Below are positions 1-11,014 of a stretch of DNA of 64,000 nt, piece by piece (position 1 is the stretch's first letter; each line of letters starts with the position of its first letter). The stretch is from positions 16,149 through 80,148 of the IMG/VR virus record IMGVR_UViG_2636415849_000003. One strand, written 5' to 3'. The notes beneath the pieces are model-generated. The model did not search any database, had not been told where the DNA came from, and saw only the letters and a program-made list of their open reading frames with translations. The translations under genes were made by a program, and so were the position numbers. This stretch comes from a virus. Its lineage: Duplodnaviria > Caudoviricetes.

Positions 1-168
1 GCCAGCCAGGACGTTGCTGGGCAGCAAGTCGGTGCGATACGTCACATAGGGGTAGACACGCTCTTCATCGTCGTTTTCGCCCCAGGGGTAGATGCGAGGC
101 TCCGGGTCACCCAGCACGGCAAGTACTACTGGCGACGCCTTCGCCACTCGGTAGAAAGGCACCGTCAT
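1..168 (-). CDS. Tail terminator/completion protein (DUF3168-like), truncated by window edge
   Basis: ATG at 168 overlaps the stop of the gp10-like gene; reads MTVPFYRVAKASP..; synteny. Confidence 0.6.
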   Translation of the reverse strand, partial: MTVPFYRVAKASPVVLAVLGDPEPRIYPWGENDDEERVYPYVTYRTDLLPSNVLAG

Positions 169-638
169 TTCAGCTTGCTCACGATCTTGGTGATCTGCTT
201 GTCCAGCTCCGTGCCGAACAAATTGATTGCCTGCTCTGCCATGGCCTGAGCCGCCGGAACCAGAAACGGCTGAGGTTTTGCTACCTCAGTGCCCAGCTCA
301 ACCAAATGCCAGTGCGGTGTGTTGCCTTTGGGTCCTGTATCGGGATTCCCATCAGGAATACGGCCCTTTTCAGCGCCTACGCCCACGCTGATCATCAGGT
401 CGCCTGTGCGCTTGTAGTGGCGACTGCGGAATCGCTGAATGATGTTGTCCGAGATCTTGCGACCCGTTTTAGCGTCATCAATGCTCTCTGCGTTTATCTT
501 GGCTTGCCTGCGCACAAGGCTGGCAGCCTTTCCGAGCGCGGATCTACCAGGCTTTAGCTGCAGTTCTCGCGGCAATGAAAGCAAGCGCTTGCGCAGATCC
601 GCTGCGCCGCTCAGAGTGAATTGGACATCATTTGCCAT
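165..638 (-). CDS. HK97 gp10-family neck protein
   Basis: HWHLVELGT..KPQPFLVPA motif; position after head-closure gene. Confidence 0.85.
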   Translation of the reverse strand: MANDVQFTLSGAADLRKRLLSLPRELQLKPGRSALGKAASLVRRQAKINAESIDDAKTGRKISDNIIQRFRSRHYKRTGDLMISVGVGAEKGRIPDGNPDTGPKGNTPHWHLVELGTEVAKPQPFLVPAAQAMAEQAINLFGTELDKQITKIVSKLK

Positions 639-969
639 CGTTCACGCCCTCGCTTACTGGATGGGTCTGGTACTCAAGACCGCTGACCGGATCTGGCAGC
701 ACGCCCTCGATGTTGTAGATGCGACCGGCATGCACGAATCGCATGGCTGCGGTGACACGGGAATCCCGCCGCGTGACGATGCGCGCCGTGACTTTGGATT
801 GGCTGGCGGCAGCTGCGATGAACTCCCGGGCAGAGAGCGACTCCACGCTCGCCCAGAGCTTGGCCACCTCTACCCAGCCCATATCAATCACGGCACCCGA
901 GTCAGGATCGCGGCCCGTCTGGCGGGATTGCAAGCTGACCAGGTGACGGAGTTTTCCGGCGGCGATCAC
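628..969 (-). CDS. Head closure protein (SPP1 gp16-like)
   Basis: AGKLRHLVSLQ..WASVESLSARE motif. Confidence 0.88.
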   Translation of the reverse strand: MIAAGKLRHLVSLQSRQTGRDPDSGAVIDMGWVEVAKLWASVESLSAREFIAAAASQSKVTARIVTRRDSRVTAAMRFVHAGRIYNIEGVLPDPVSGLEYQTHPVSEGVNDGK

Positions 970-1157
970 AGCAAGCTCCCGTCCAGCATGCGCGGCTGAG
1001 CAACCTCCTGCGCATCATCAGCCATCTGATCCAGCAGGCAGGCTATGCCCTCCGTCAGCTCCTGCATCGCCTGAGTCTGTCGATTCAGGGCCTCGGCCAC
1101 TGCCAGGTTGCTCTGGATCAGACGGCGCGTGTCCAATGACTTTCTTCGCTCGCTCAT
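966..1157 (-). CDS. Small hypothetical phage protein
   Basis: MSERRKSLD..; stop overlaps the next start; coiled-coil-like. Confidence 0.45.
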   Translation of the reverse strand: MSERRKSLDTRRLIQSNLAVAEALNRQTQAMQELTEGIACLLDQMADDAQEVAQPRMLDGSLL

Positions 1158-1226
1158 ATGCAATCCTTCTCCACTTTTCCGCCCAGAGCCGGGTGGCGTT
1201 GCACACATTGCAGTCGGTTGGCATCT

Positions 1227-1565
1227 CTACACCCCCAGTCCTATGCGATAGGGCCACAGCAGCGAATGCGCACCCATGGGTAAATCTTGGGACGAGACGC
1301 CCACCACGCTGTTTTCGCGGTTGGCGTACAGGTGGCCCAGGATCAGCAACATGGCCGCCTTCACGGGTCCAGTGATGACCATTGGGCACGCCTCAGCCGG
1401 CTCTGCAGCCTCATCCAGTTCATCCTGCGTCGCGTAGACATTGCGGTTTAGGAACTCGACGACAGCGGACTCCGCTGCATCAAGGTAGATGCCGATCAAC
1501 TCATCCTCGCCATCGCCATTCGTGCGCAGATGAATCTTGGCCGTGCTCAGGTCGATGAGACTCAC
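1227..1565 (-). CDS. Head-tail connector (HK97 gp6-like)
   Basis: AKIHLR..EDELIGIYLDAA..AMLLILGHLYANRE. Confidence 0.9.
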   Translation of the reverse strand: MSLIDLSTAKIHLRTNGDGEDELIGIYLDAAESAVVEFLNRNVYATQDELDEAAEPAEACPMVITGPVKAAMLLILGHLYANRENSVVGVSSQDLPMGAHSLLWPYRIGLGV

Positions 1566-1927
1566 TTCCGCCCCCGGGTTGCCTTGGGCTTGGCCGTCTC
1601 GACGGACTGATCCCCGGCCACAGACGCCTGAGCCAGGCCGGCGTTTTCAGACTGCTGACCAGACTCTTCGCCCGTAGCGCCCGTCTCGGCACCCTCGGCC
1701 TCTTGGTTCTCGGCCGACTGGGCCCCGGCCGAAGACGCCTGAGCCTGGACGGTGTTTTCAGACGACTGACCAGACTCCGCGGCAGCGGCACCGGCCGCGG
1801 CTACGGCTGCGGCACCCTCAGCCTCTCGGTCTGCTGCGCCAGCGTCGATCAGTTGCTGTCCGCGGCTGCTGTCCATGCGCGCGATAAGGCCGGCGCGCGG
1901 ATCGGGTTTCTTGAACTTGATGAGCAT
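1562..1927 (-). CDS. Hypothetical protein downstream of capsid
   Basis: RBS AGGAG; short N-terminal domain plus low-complexity A/E/Q/S tail with an internal repeat (ESGQ(Q)SSEN). Confidence 0.7.
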   Translation of the reverse strand: MLIKFKKPDPRAGLIARMDSSRGQQLIDAGAADREAEGAAAVAAAGAAAAESGQSSENTVQAQASSAGAQSAENQEAEGAETGATGEESGQQSENAGLAQASVAGDQSVETAKPKATRGRK

Positions 1928-1975
1928 GGTTTCTCCTGGTGGAAATGAACAGGCCCGCCGAAGCGGGCCAGGTCA

Positions 1976-3322
1976 TCAGGTCACATTGCCAAAATCGCCG
2001 TAGATGAACGACTCGGGGCGATAGACAGCCAGCGCCAGTCGCTCTTCGGCCAGGATGGTGACCATGTTCTTCACGAAGTCGTCTTCGTTCTCGGTGGCGA
2101 CTTCCACGCGAGCCTGCCAGCGGTCGAACACCTGGGCGCCCAGCTTGAAGGCGCCGGCCAGGAACTTGTCCACGTCAATCGCTTGCGTGGTGACCACTGG
2201 ACGGTTCCACAGGGTGGCGCCGATGACGCCCTGCGGGTTGCCGATGATGTAACGGCCCGTGGAGTCCTTGAGCAACTCGATGCGCGCCCAGTCGATGGGG
2301 TTCATCACCACGCCCGAGGAAGGGAACTCGGCCAACTCAGCCTGCAGGAAAGCAAGGCGAATGTTGTCGATGTTCGTCTCCGTTCCCGCAGGGTCGAAGG
2401 GGGCGGCAAACGCCGACGCCTGCGGGATGATGCCCAGCAGGTTCTGGCCGGTGCCGTCACCGTTGAGCAACTGCTGCTCTTCCTTGAAGGCCAGGCCATA
2501 GCGCAGACGGCCATCGATCAGGCTGGCCAGCTGGGATGCATCGCTCAGAATCTGACGCGAAGCCTTCATGTAGTGGGCAATCACCTTGGCAGTGGTGCTG
2601 ACCAGGTCGTACTTCAACGAGGACTCTGGCTTTTTGGCGGTCTCGGCCACCATGCCGGCGTTGTTGGTGAAGCCGGTTTCCTTCACGTACTCCAGCGCGT
2701 TGCCATCCATTTTGCCGGGGGTGATCAGGTCACGCACCGTCATGCGACGCTGGGGCAGGGCCTGCACGCCGGGCAGGCGCGTGGTCTGCACGAGGTCTCC
2801 AGCGGCGCCATCGGTGTCGGTAGTCACGCTGGTGATCGCCGCATTGATGGTCATGTCGGCGCGGCCGCGCGGGGTTGTCTTGCCGAGGAAGGACTTAACC
2901 TCTTCGCTATTCACGAACTGCTGGCCCAGCGACTGGTGCTGGACATCGGCGCCCGCGCCATTCGCTTCGAGCTTGGCGATCAACTGCTCAACGTTCTGTA
3001 CGTTGGCTTGCAACTCGCCTTGCTTCAAAAGCAATGCATCCACTTGCTGCCGAGTTTCGGCGCTGAGGTTGGCGTTTTTCGCGGCCGTCTCGGCATGCGC
3101 CTTCAACTGGTCGCTGACCGTCTTCAGGTCATTCTGGACCTTTTTGTATTCAGCGGACACATCATCCACCGTGCCAGCGGCGCCAAGCATGGCGAGGCCG
3201 CCCAAGACATCGGCATGGGCGGTGACGAAGGCCGGGACGTCGAAGCCTGCGGCCTGAGCGGTCAGGGACACTGCAGCAACAGCCACCAGCAGCCCGATAG
3301 AAAGGAAGCGAGATTTTTTCAT
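1976..3322 (-). CDS. Major capsid protein, HK97 fold
   Basis: EEQQLLNGDGTGQNL.GI, FVKNMVTILAEERLALAVYRP; start at MKKSRF chosen because the longer ORF overlaps ClpP. Confidence 0.95.
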   Translation of the reverse strand: MKKSRFLSIGLLVAVAAVSLTAQAAGFDVPAFVTAHADVLGGLAMLGAAGTVDDVSAEYKKVQNDLKTVSDQLKAHAETAAKNANLSAETRQQVDALLLKQGELQANVQNVEQLIAKLEANGAGADVQHQSLGQQFVNSEEVKSFLGKTTPRGRADMTINAAITSVTTDTDGAAGDLVQTTRLPGVQALPQRRMTVRDLITPGKMDGNALEYVKETGFTNNAGMVAETAKKPESSLKYDLVSTTAKVIAHYMKASRQILSDASQLASLIDGRLRYGLAFKEEQQLLNGDGTGQNLLGIIPQASAFAAPFDPAGTETNIDNIRLAFLQAELAEFPSSGVVMNPIDWARIELLKDSTGRYIIGNPQGVIGATLWNRPVVTTQAIDVDKFLAGAFKLGAQVFDRWQARVEVATENEDDFVKNMVTILAEERLALAVYRPESFIYGDFGNVT

Positions 3323-3332
3323 GGTCAAACTT

Positions 3333-4205
3333 TCAGGATGGTTGGAGGTGAGAGAGAAGAGACGCAGAGAGGCTGGATGCCGCTCCCGTCGCAATTGCGG
3401 CTGATCGGCCGCGTTCGGTGGGATCACCCTCACCGCCGCCAGCGGGATCGCCCACGCTGGACTTGAATTCGCTGATGAGGCGCATTGCCTCGCTCTTGGG
3501 CATGCCGCTGTTGCGCAGCGCAGCCTCCAGCCGGCGCACAGCAGAGGCGCTCGCATTCGAGCTGCCCCGGCCCACCTGGTCGGATGCCAGTAGCTCATCG
3601 GCAAAGCCCTGCTCCACCGCAGCCGCGCCGCCAATCCAGGATTCCGAGTCCATGAGCTTGGCGATGGCCTTGGTCTCCAGCCCGGTGCGCACGGCATAGA
3701 TGTCGCCCATGGCGGCATCGAATGGCTCGAGCCAGGTCGCCAGCTCGCGCAGGTCGTTGCGGTTGCCCATAGCCACAACCCAGGCGTTGTGGATCATCAG
3801 GAAGCCGGCGCGCGCGATCTGCACCGTGTCGCCCGCCATGGCGATGACCGAGCCGGCAGACGCCGCCAGCCCCAACACCTTGACGTTGACTTCGCCCTCG
3901 TGCTCGCGCAGCAGGTTGTAAATGGCGAGGCCCTCGAACATGTCGCCGCCCGGGCTGTTGATGTTCACCGTCACCGGGCCTTTGCCAAGGCTACGTAGTG
4001 CGCCCGCCACGCGCTTGGCCGTCACACCCTCCCCCGTCCAAGGGTCGTAACCGATGGCGTCGTAGATGCTGATTGCCCGGTCTTCATCGCGATCTGCAGC
4101 GCGAATCTCGGGGTTCCAACGCTCCAGCGCGCGCGGCAGGATTTCACTGCGCACGCTAGCGCTCGGGCGCACGATTGGTGCGCCCGGCAAATTCTTCATG
4201 CTCAT
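3333..4205 (-). CDS. Head maturation protease, ClpP (S14) family
   Basis: INSPGGD, GLAASAGS, LMIHN motifs. Confidence 0.93.
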   Translation of the reverse strand: MSMKNLPGAPIVRPSASVRSEILPRALERWNPEIRAADRDEDRAISIYDAIGYDPWTGEGVTAKRVAGALRSLGKGPVTVNINSPGGDMFEGLAIYNLLREHEGEVNVKVLGLAASAGSVIAMAGDTVQIARAGFLMIHNAWVVAMGNRNDLRELATWLEPFDAAMGDIYAVRTGLETKAIAKLMDSESWIGGAAAVEQGFADELLASDQVGRGSSNASASAVRRLEAALRNSGMPKSEAMRLISEFKSSVGDPAGGGEGDPTERGRSAAIATGAASSLSASLLSHLQPS

Positions 4206-4208
4206 GAT

Positions 4209-5504
4209 TCAGCCTTTCTGCGGCTCTTCGGTGAAGCCCAACAGCGCGCGAAGCGCGGCGCGGGCCTGGTTTGTTTGTGCTGCCGAGGCGTCTTGCCCCA
4301 GGGAATCAAGCGTGGTCATGGCCGACTGAACCGTGAGAACTGCAGCATTGCCGCCCATCGGCTCGCGGTCTTCCAGTTCGCGAACCTCATCGCGGGTAAG
4401 GATCCCGTTGTTCACCATCGCGGCATAGAAGGCCGCGCGACCGGCGCTGTCGGCGCGCAGCAGGCCTTCTACAGAGAACTTGGCGTAGTAGCGCGAGCGC
4501 TCGGCCGGCGCCAGCAGGTCCGTATTGATCGCCTGCTCGATCCGCCTCAGCCAAGGGCCCAGGGTGAAGGTCAGGAAGCCGATCATCTGCTGCTCGATGC
4601 CCGTCCCCCAACTGGTGGACTTCTCGGTGTGACCCACCATCCAGGGGGGCACACGAAACCAGCGACAGATCGACTCCACCGAGAAGGACCGGGACTCGAG
4701 GAGCTGGGCATCCGATGGCTTGATGCCAACGGTCCCGACGTCCGTGCCGCCTTCCAGAAGCGGGGTCTCCCCCCGCTCGACGGAGCCGGCGATTTCCTCC
4801 TTGAACATCTTGCGCTGATCAGGCTTCAGAAATGCCGCAACCTTGTAGTAGACCGTCGGCAGCATGCCATTGCGGAATGTCCGTGCCGCTGACCGCTCAG
4901 CCGCCATTGCAGCCCCGAAGACCTTGGCGCCGTAGGCGATCACCGAGACACCTGTCTCGCCGTCCAGGGTGAATCCTGGGATATTCCAGATCCTGTTAGA
5001 CGGAATCTGTCGCATTACACCGTCAGCCCGAGGGTACTGGTAGATCTTGTGGCCGTTCGCGTCTCGCGTGATCACCATCTTGTTCGGATCCAGAAAGGCC
5101 AAGCCCACCAGCTTGTCGCCCACGTAGAGCTTTTCGGCGCGGCCATTTCCCCGCAGCAACATCGATGCAACCAGCGCCTCCCAGAATACCGAGGCCGTAG
5201 AGTCAGCATTGGGCTGGTCGTGGATAACGAAGTGCAGAGGGTGGTGGCTGGCCAGGCGCTTTCCGGAGGAGGTGCGCTCATTGATCGAAAGAGGCAGCGT
5301 CGCGATGGTCTCCGAAATGAGGCGAACGCAGCTCCAGACAGCATCCACCTGCATGACACCTTTCGGCGTCACGTCCACGCCCGCTTCACTGGCCATCTCC
5401 CGATCTATGTAGAGGTCCTTGTCCCGAAGACTGAAGGACCGCACCCAGCCGTCGATGGCCGCGCGCACGCGACCCACAAGGCTCGGTTTCTTCTGTGTGT
5501 TCAT
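4209..5504 (-). CDS. Portal protein, HK97 family
   Basis: [41 protein letters not shown]. Confidence 0.95.
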   Translation of the reverse strand: MNTQKKPSLVGRVRAAIDGWVRSFSLRDKDLYIDREMASEAGVDVTPKGVMQVDAVWSCVRLISETIATLPLSINERTSSGKRLASHHPLHFVIHDQPNADSTASVFWEALVASMLLRGNGRAEKLYVGDKLVGLAFLDPNKMVITRDANGHKIYQYPRADGVMRQIPSNRIWNIPGFTLDGETGVSVIAYGAKVFGAAMAAERSAARTFRNGMLPTVYYKVAAFLKPDQRKMFKEEIAGSVERGETPLLEGGTDVGTVGIKPSDAQLLESRSFSVESICRWFRVPPWMVGHTEKSTSWGTGIEQQMIGFLTFTLGPWLRRIEQAINTDLLAPAERSRYYAKFSVEGLLRADSAGRAAFYAAMVNNGILTRDEVRELEDREPMGGNAAVLTVQSAMTTLDSLGQDASAAQTNQARAALRALLGFTEEPQKG

Positions 5505-7225
5505 GCCTTGCCCGTCCGTATTGGGTTACTCAGCCAGTCGTCCATGTCGCCTTCGCCGTCTGGCGGCATCAGCACGCGGCCAACAGCCATGATCAGAGAT
5601 ACCGCGCCGTCGATCTTGTTGTCATTGCCCTGCTTGATTGGCCGCACTACATCGTCATTGCCCGGCAGGGTTTTGCCGATCACGTTCGCAACGCACCAGG
5701 TCATGATCGGGTTGCCGTCATGATGGAAGCGCCCCGAGGCGATAGCCGCCTCGATCTCCTTCATCGGGTCGCTCATGTTGGTGTAGTTCTGGGTGATCGT
5801 GATCGGCGTCAAGCCTTCGTCGTCCAATTGGTGCGCCAGGTTTGTGGCGCCATGCGGGTCGATCGGCGACGACTGCACGGGGTTCAAATGGTTGGCCTCC
5901 TTGGCCTCTTCCAGGATCTCCCGGTAATCGATCTCCGCCCCATCGGTCTGCACAAGCAGGCCCGCGTTTACCCACTTCTGGTACCGCTCGGCCATGCGTC
6001 GGTTGTCGTGATTGGCCACAGTGTCCTCAGGCACCCAAAATCGAGGCGCCACACTGTAGTAGTGCCGCTTCCCGTCGATGTCCCGCCAGAACAGGCGCGC
6101 CATGCTATTCATGTCCAACTTGCGTGCCAAGTCGAATGCCAGCACGCACGGTTGGCCCTCGAACTGCTCCAGCGTCAGGGTGACGTCCTTCAGCGCCTCC
6201 CACTGGGCGACGTTGAAAAAGCCGGCCTTGGCCGTCACCCACACGCCCAGGTGCTTGGTCTTGAACGTGTTGGTGAAGCGCGCCTGCTGAACAGCGCGGC
6301 GCTGCTGGCTTTCCAGATACTCCTGATAGACCGAAACACCGATGTTCGGATTAGCCTTGGCCAGGACGGCCGGGTCTTTCCAGTCGTCACCCTCGTCAAT
6401 GGTCCACACCCAGCCGAACAGCTCCTCATTCGGGACAGTGCCCTCGAGCATTTCCAGAACTTCGCGGCGCTTGTCATAGCACGGCCCTTCGATATTGAAG
6501 CCGGCCGTGGTGATCATGAACATCAGCGGCTGCTTACGGGCACCCATGCCGGTCAGCATGGTGGTGTAGAGCGCGTCCGAGTCATGCTCGTGATACTCAT
6601 CAACGATGGAGCAAGACGGGCTCGCGCCATCACCCGGGTTGCCGATCAACGGCTCGAATCGGCTTCCATCGGCTGGCCTGTTCAGGTTCGAGGCGTTGAC
6701 CTCGATGCCCGCAGCCTCGACCAACATCGGTGAGCGCTTGACCATCAGCCGAGCAGGTCGGAACACTTCCCACGCCTGCTTCTCCGTTGTGGCTCCCGAA
6801 TAGACCTCGGCGCCGAACTCATCGTCCAGGCAGAACATCGCCAGGCCAACGCCGGCGGCGATCACCGACTTCCCATTCTTGCGATTTACCTCCCAGTAGC
6901 TCTCTCGGAAGCGACGCATCTTGTCGCGCTTGCGCTTCCAGCCAAAGGTGCAGGCCAGGCCGAACTTCTGCCAGGGCTCCAGCGTCACCAGCTGACGCTT
7001 GAATGCCCACTCACCTTTTGTGTGCGGCAGCAACTCGATCAAGGCGATCTTTCGCTGAGCCTCCTTTGGGTCGAAGAAGTACGGCCAGTCATCGTCCTTG
7101 GCGCGATCGAGATCGTCCAGATGCCGCTGGCAGGCGAGAATCACATACCGGCACGCGGGAATCTTTCCCTTAACCACGTCCTTGGCGAACTTCAGCGCGG
7201 CGTCGACAGCAGGATACTTAGCCAT
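5501..7225 (-). CDS. Terminase large subunit
   Basis: Walker A RKNGKS, Walker B IVDEYH, ITTAG, C-terminal KIDGAVS. Confidence 0.95.
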   Translation of the reverse strand: MAKYPAVDAALKFAKDVVKGKIPACRYVILACQRHLDDLDRAKDDDWPYFFDPKEAQRKIALIELLPHTKGEWAFKRQLVTLEPWQKFGLACTFGWKRKRDKMRRFRESYWEVNRKNGKSVIAAGVGLAMFCLDDEFGAEVYSGATTEKQAWEVFRPARLMVKRSPMLVEAAGIEVNASNLNRPADGSRFEPLIGNPGDGASPSCSIVDEYHEHDSDALYTTMLTGMGARKQPLMFMITTAGFNIEGPCYDKRREVLEMLEGTVPNEELFGWVWTIDEGDDWKDPAVLAKANPNIGVSVYQEYLESQQRRAVQQARFTNTFKTKHLGVWVTAKAGFFNVAQWEALKDVTLTLEQFEGQPCVLAFDLARKLDMNSMARLFWRDIDGKRHYYSVAPRFWVPEDTVANHDNRRMAERYQKWVNAGLLVQTDGAEIDYREILEEAKEANHLNPVQSSPIDPHGATNLAHQLDDEGLTPITITQNYTNMSDPMKEIEAAIASGRFHHDGNPIMTWCVANVIGKTLPGNDDVVRPIKQGNDNKIDGAVSLIMAVGRVLMPPDGEGDMDDWLSNPIRTGKA

Positions 7226-7697
7226 TCATCAACACGGCAAACGGATTGCCGCCCCCTTCTGGCTTCTTGCCCGTGATTCGCTGCCGGCTCGATGGATCCA
7301 GCCCCAGCATCCCGCCGTAGGTGGCCATCATCGCGGTCGCCTCTTTGAGCGCCGTGAGCGCTGGATTCTTGACGACGCCGCCCGTGGCGCCTGCGACGGT
7401 TACGCCGTTGTTCTTCACATCGACCTGGGCCATGCGGAACTGGTCGTAGGCGTTGCAGTAAACCTCGAGGTTCTGCACGTCGGTCGCCTCGAGAACGCGC
7501 TCCCTGCACAGAAGCGGTGCCAACGTCTCCCACAGGACGCGGCCGTCATCGCCCATCCAGATCGGGCAATCGATATTGCGAACCAGACCAAAGTCCGGCT
7601 CTGACTTGTTTAGCGCCCGCTTCCCAGGGTTCCCGGCCAGCTCTTTCTTGGCCGTGGGTTTCGGGCGACGGCCAGAGCGCCCAGCAGCACCTGCCAT
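7218..7697 (-). CDS. Terminase small subunit, P27 family
   Basis: [32 protein letters not shown]. Confidence 0.92.
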   Translation of the reverse strand: MAGAAGRSGRRPKPTAKKELAGNPGKRALNKSEPDFGLVRNIDCPIWMGDDGRVLWETLAPLLCRERVLEATDVQNLEVYCNAYDQFRMAQVDVKNNGVTVAGATGGVVKNPALTALKEATAMMATYGGMLGLDPSSRQRITGKKPEGGGNPFAVLMNG

Positions 7698-7873
7698 CGG
7701 GCCTCCGGTTTAAATTTCATTTTTCGCGGGCGTAAAAATTTGACTAGGGGCGCGGCTGATTCCCGATAGGGGCCTGGACTTTCGCCCCACCCCTCCCCTT
7801 GGGCCTCAAAATGTCGTTTTTTTGACACAAACAGCCATTTTTGCTCAAAAATGAGGCAATTTCGGCCAGTAGC

Positions 7874-8242
7874 CTAGGGCTTACCCTTTGCTGACCGTTC
7901 CTCTCGCTGCTTTTCGCTGTTGTGGCACGAGAGGCACAGGGACTGAAAAGGTCCCGTCCAGAACATCTCCGGGTCGCCGCGGTGCGGCGTGATGTGGTCG
8001 CACACCACAGCCTCTTCCACCTTCCCGCTCCTCATGCAGTAGGCGCACAAGGGCTCCGCCGCGAGTTGCCGCTTGCGCAGGGCCCGCCACTTCGTCGTGG
8101 TGTACCAGGCGCTGAACTGCCCAGCACTCCCGCGCTTGGCCTGCTGAGCCTGCTCCTGATGCTGGTCACAGTAGCCGTTGGCATTGCGGTGGATGGCGTT
8201 GCAGCCCCGGTGCCGGCACGGACGGTTAGGGCGCTGAGGCAT
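7874..8242 (-). CDS. HNH endonuclease (terminase-associated)
   Basis: PLCAYC..DHITPH..QSLCLSCHN; upstream of terS. Confidence 0.9.
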   Translation of the reverse strand: MPQRPNRPCRHRGCNAIHRNANGYCDQHQEQAQQAKRGSAGQFSAWYTTTKWRALRKRQLAAEPLCAYCMRSGKVEEAVVCDHITPHRGDPEMFWTGPFQSLCLSCHNSEKQREERSAKGKP

Positions 8243-8483
8243 TACTCACCTCACCTGGACGCTGCAGCGCCTTTGCAATACACATGGCTGACTGCCCCAT
8301 ATCCGATTCGACCGCACACCGTACTGCTATCGGGTCGGCTCCCGCTTTGACAGCCTCGATGATCAGTGCGTGGCGATTCATGGTGCATGCCACAGGCGAA
8401 GCGACGACAGCGGCCAAGAGCATGAAGCCGGCGATGTTCACTACTGCATCCATATTTTCCGTTTCCTGTATAGCTGCCGCCAC
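8226..8483 (-). CDS. Small membrane protein, hypothetical
   Basis: Hydrophobic N-terminus; coupled to neighbours. Confidence 0.6.
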   Translation of the reverse strand: MAAAIQETENMDAVVNIAGFMLLAAVVASPVACTMNRHALIIEAVKAGADPIAVRCAVESDMGQSAMCIAKALQRPGEVSNASAP

Positions 8484-8489
8484 CGAGAT

Positions 8490-8807
8490 CTAGCGACCCT
8501 GGCGCTGCAACCCGTAGGCGCGATGCATCGCGTCTGCAACTGGGCCGCCATCACGGATATCGGATTCGATCAACAGCGCGACTTTGGAGGCCTGTTGCTG
8601 CTGGCCTCGCTCAGGCTGAAGCACCTCAACATCCAAGCCGCCGTCCAGCACCACTGCCTTCACACCTTCAGGGAGGAGTGCTTCCATCCGCTGCATAAGC
8701 GCATCCACCGCGCGTTTCGACATCACCTGCTGGCACTTGATAACCAATATGTCACCAGACTGCAGGTTGGCCACCTTCACGCTATCAAATACAGAGCTAG
8801 CCAGCAT
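8490..8807 (-). CDS. Hypothetical phage protein
   Basis: RBS GGAG; overlaps the upstream ORF. Confidence 0.6.
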   Translation of the reverse strand: MLASSVFDSVKVANLQSGDILVIKCQQVMSKRAVDALMQRMEALLPEGVKAVVLDGGLDVEVLQPERGQQQQASKVALLIESDIRDGGPVADAMHRAYGLQRQGR

Positions 8808-9045
8808 GGAGTCTCCCGTAACAGTGAAACAGGCAGGGCATTAGCTCCAGCCCCTTGATGACATAGACAGAACGGAATCGAATGCGCCTGCCTGCTATGC
8901 GCCCCTGGGCATCAAGGCGGATCGGGTTGTCGTGCACCTTGATCCAGCCGCCTGAGGTGCTGACCTCCAGCACGCGGGCAAAGCGCTCTCCGGTGTCCAC
9001 ATCAATGACCGTTGCACCCCGTGCGTTCTCTGCTGTGTAGAGCAC
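8797..9045 (-). CDS. Hypothetical phage protein
   Basis: GAGGAG RBS with GTG start. Confidence 0.6.
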   Translation of the reverse strand: MLYTAENARGATVIDVDTGERFARVLEVSTSGGWIKVHDNPIRLDAQGRIAGRRIRFRSVYVIKGLELMPCLFHCYGRLHAG

Positions 9046-9184
9046 TTCGCTCTCCTCGGGATAGGTGCCGCCACCGAGTGATCCGCCCCTACTGCAATGT
9101 GCGTGATCGTCGGGCGTGCTCGGTGGCAGCGAACCGGGAATAAAAAAGCCACCAAGTGGCGGCTTTAAAATCTAATTCGGCAGA

Positions 9185-9394
9185 TCAGCTAAATGTTGAC
9201 GCACGCAAGCTTAGAGGTCCATTCAACTCAACAAGGGCCCTATTACCGAATCGCGCCAGCTCAGCTTCAACAGCCTGCTTGACGTCCGCTTCGCGCCCCT
9301 CAAACTCAGGCGCAATAGTCAGCGTCATCTCAGTGTTGAACAGCATGCGGCCAATGACGGCGGACAACTCAGCCGCCTCTTTCTGAATACTCAT
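9185..9394 (-). CDS. Small moron-like hypothetical protein
   Basis: GGAGG RBS; flanked by terminator hairpins (~9142-9167 and ~9432-9468). Confidence 0.6.
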   Translation of the reverse strand: MSIQKEAAELSAVIGRMLFNTEMTLTIAPEFEGREADVKQAVEAELARFGNRALVELNGPLSLRASTFS

Positions 9395-9596
9395 GGAATC
9401 CCTCCAAAAGGGATCCAGCCTAACAGCCAACAAAAAAGCCCGCTCGAGAACTCGGCGGGCTTTTCTTTGGTCGCACGTCTCCGTCTCAAGCTACCTGCAC
9501 CGCTACGGGCTGCATGCAGGGCATTGGACGGCGACGACTGGTGGCAAGATTTTTCTTGCGACCGACAACGCAATTCTAAAGACAGGTGACTCAGTG

Positions 9597-10256
9597 TCAA
9601 GCCCTGCCATGCAGCCGGGAGCGAATGCCCTGCCGAGCACGACCCACACAGTCTTCCATATAGGTGAGGAGCTTTCGCCCATGCTCACCGCCTGGGACCT
9701 TGCCATGACCTGAGCCACTGCAAGACCTGCAGGCGACAGACGACAACTCCCCAGCTCGCGGCGACAGCTGGAACTTGCGGCCACTGCATGCGGCACATAC
9801 TGGCTTGAGCCAATGCAAGAGCACGGCAGAGCAAACGAATTCCGTCTCTGGGCATTGATCCAGGGCGGCAGTCAGCTGCAGGTGCAAACGCACCTCGGGG
9901 AGCATCTTGAGCATGCGCATGGTCTCCTTGAGCTCAGCAACAAACCCGTCTTCAAGGCGCTTGCGTGCAGCGTCTGAGTGCTCCTTCTCCACCTGCTTAG
10001 ATTGCTTTGCCGTAGCGATGTCCCGAGCCAGTTGCGCAATCTGCTTGCGGGTCGCCTGCCGAGGGATCTGGCAACCGCGGCGCTCTGCCGCATCCCACTC
10101 GCTGTGCAGCCGCATCAATGCAGCGCCGAAGCGCGACTTACTCCAGCCGGCGGCAATCAAGTAGTCGGCATCACCTTGCAGCCCCGCCTCTACTCGCAGG
10201 CTGCTTGATTGGGTCGCGCTGGCGTAACGTTCCTGAGTCGTTGGTGTATCAGTCAT
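9597..10256 (-). CDS. Putative late antiterminator (Q-like) with Zn finger
   Basis: CAACSG..CRSCSGSG; last gene before the late region. Confidence 0.65.
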   Translation of the reverse strand: MTDTPTTQERYASATQSSSLRVEAGLQGDADYLIAAGWSKSRFGAALMRLHSEWDAAERRGCQIPRQATRKQIAQLARDIATAKQSKQVEKEHSDAARKRLEDGFVAELKETMRMLKMLPEVRLHLQLTAALDQCPETEFVCSAVLLHWLKPVCAACSGRKFQLSPRAGELSSVACRSCSGSGHGKVPGGEHGRKLLTYMEDCVGRARQGIRSRLHGRA

Positions 10257-10270
10257 CTTGTCCTCTTTCT

Positions 10271-10534
10271 TCAATTGCCCATCAAGCGCCGCACGGTCAC
10301 GTTCAGCGCGTCCAGTTCGCTCATCTTTTTGATTGCCCACATCCGGCGTTGGCCATGCCAGCCCATCAACGGGCCACGGTGGCAGCTCTCGCACAAGGCC
10401 ACTGCCGTGTATTGCTGGCGCTGCTCGATGTGATGCGCCTCGCTAGGGCCGGTCTGGTCGCAGACACTGCAGGGCAGTTCCTTGACGGCAGCCAGGTGAG
10501 CGCGCTCTTTTTCATTCAGCCTATTGAGCATCAC
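10271..10534 (-). CDS. HNH-like/Ref-like small nuclease
   Basis: LPCSVC..EAHHI..ALCESCH. Confidence 0.65.
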   Translation of the reverse strand: MMLNRLNEKERAHLAAVKELPCSVCDQTGPSEAHHIEQRQQYTAVALCESCHRGPLMGWHGQRRMWAIKKMSELDALNVTVRRLMGN

Positions 10535-10766
10535 TGCCCTCCTGCGGCTTTTCGCCGTACTGCAACTCCAGCGCCAGCTGCGCGTAATGGATCACCTTGC
10601 GCAAATCCTCGGCCCCGTTCTTGGCCTTGTGCCGGGTCGCGTACTTGATGATGTTGCCTTGGAAGAAGTCCAGGCCATTGGCGTGAATGAACTCAATGGG
10701 CTGGATCTTGCAGTCCTTGTAATGGCTGCCACCGGCCTGGGTGTCGAGTGCGCTTGTCACCGCCAT
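10521..10766 (-). CDS. DUF3310 (SaV-like) protein
   Basis: GGSHY..IQPIEFI..GNIIKY..KNGAEDLRK. Confidence 0.85.
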   Translation of the reverse strand: MAVTSALDTQAGGSHYKDCKIQPIEFIHANGLDFFQGNIIKYATRHKAKNGAEDLRKVIHYAQLALELQYGEKPQEGSDAQ

Positions 10767-11014
10767 GCGCGCCCCCTGTCCTCTACCGCCACCAGACTGC
10801 CGTAGTCGTCGACCACGCAGACAGTGCTGCTGCCCACCTGCACCCGGTTGCAGCAGCGGTTCTCCATCCAGCGCTCGATCAGGTAGCGGCCATCCCTCAG
10901 CCGCTCATAGGTCGGCCACACCAGCCGCGTGATGCGCGATGTGCTGGGCGGCTTGCGCAGGCCAGCCAGCGGCACGACCTTGCCAAAGAATGTGGGGTTC
11001 AATGCCTGGGTCAT
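10757..11014 (-). CDS. Hypothetical phage protein
   Basis: Overlapping start/stop with neighbours. Confidence 0.55.
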   Translation of the reverse strand: MTQALNPTFFGKVVPLAGLRKPPSTSRITRLVWPTYERLRDGRYLIERWMENRCCNRVQVGSSTVCVVDDYGSLVAVEDRGRAWR

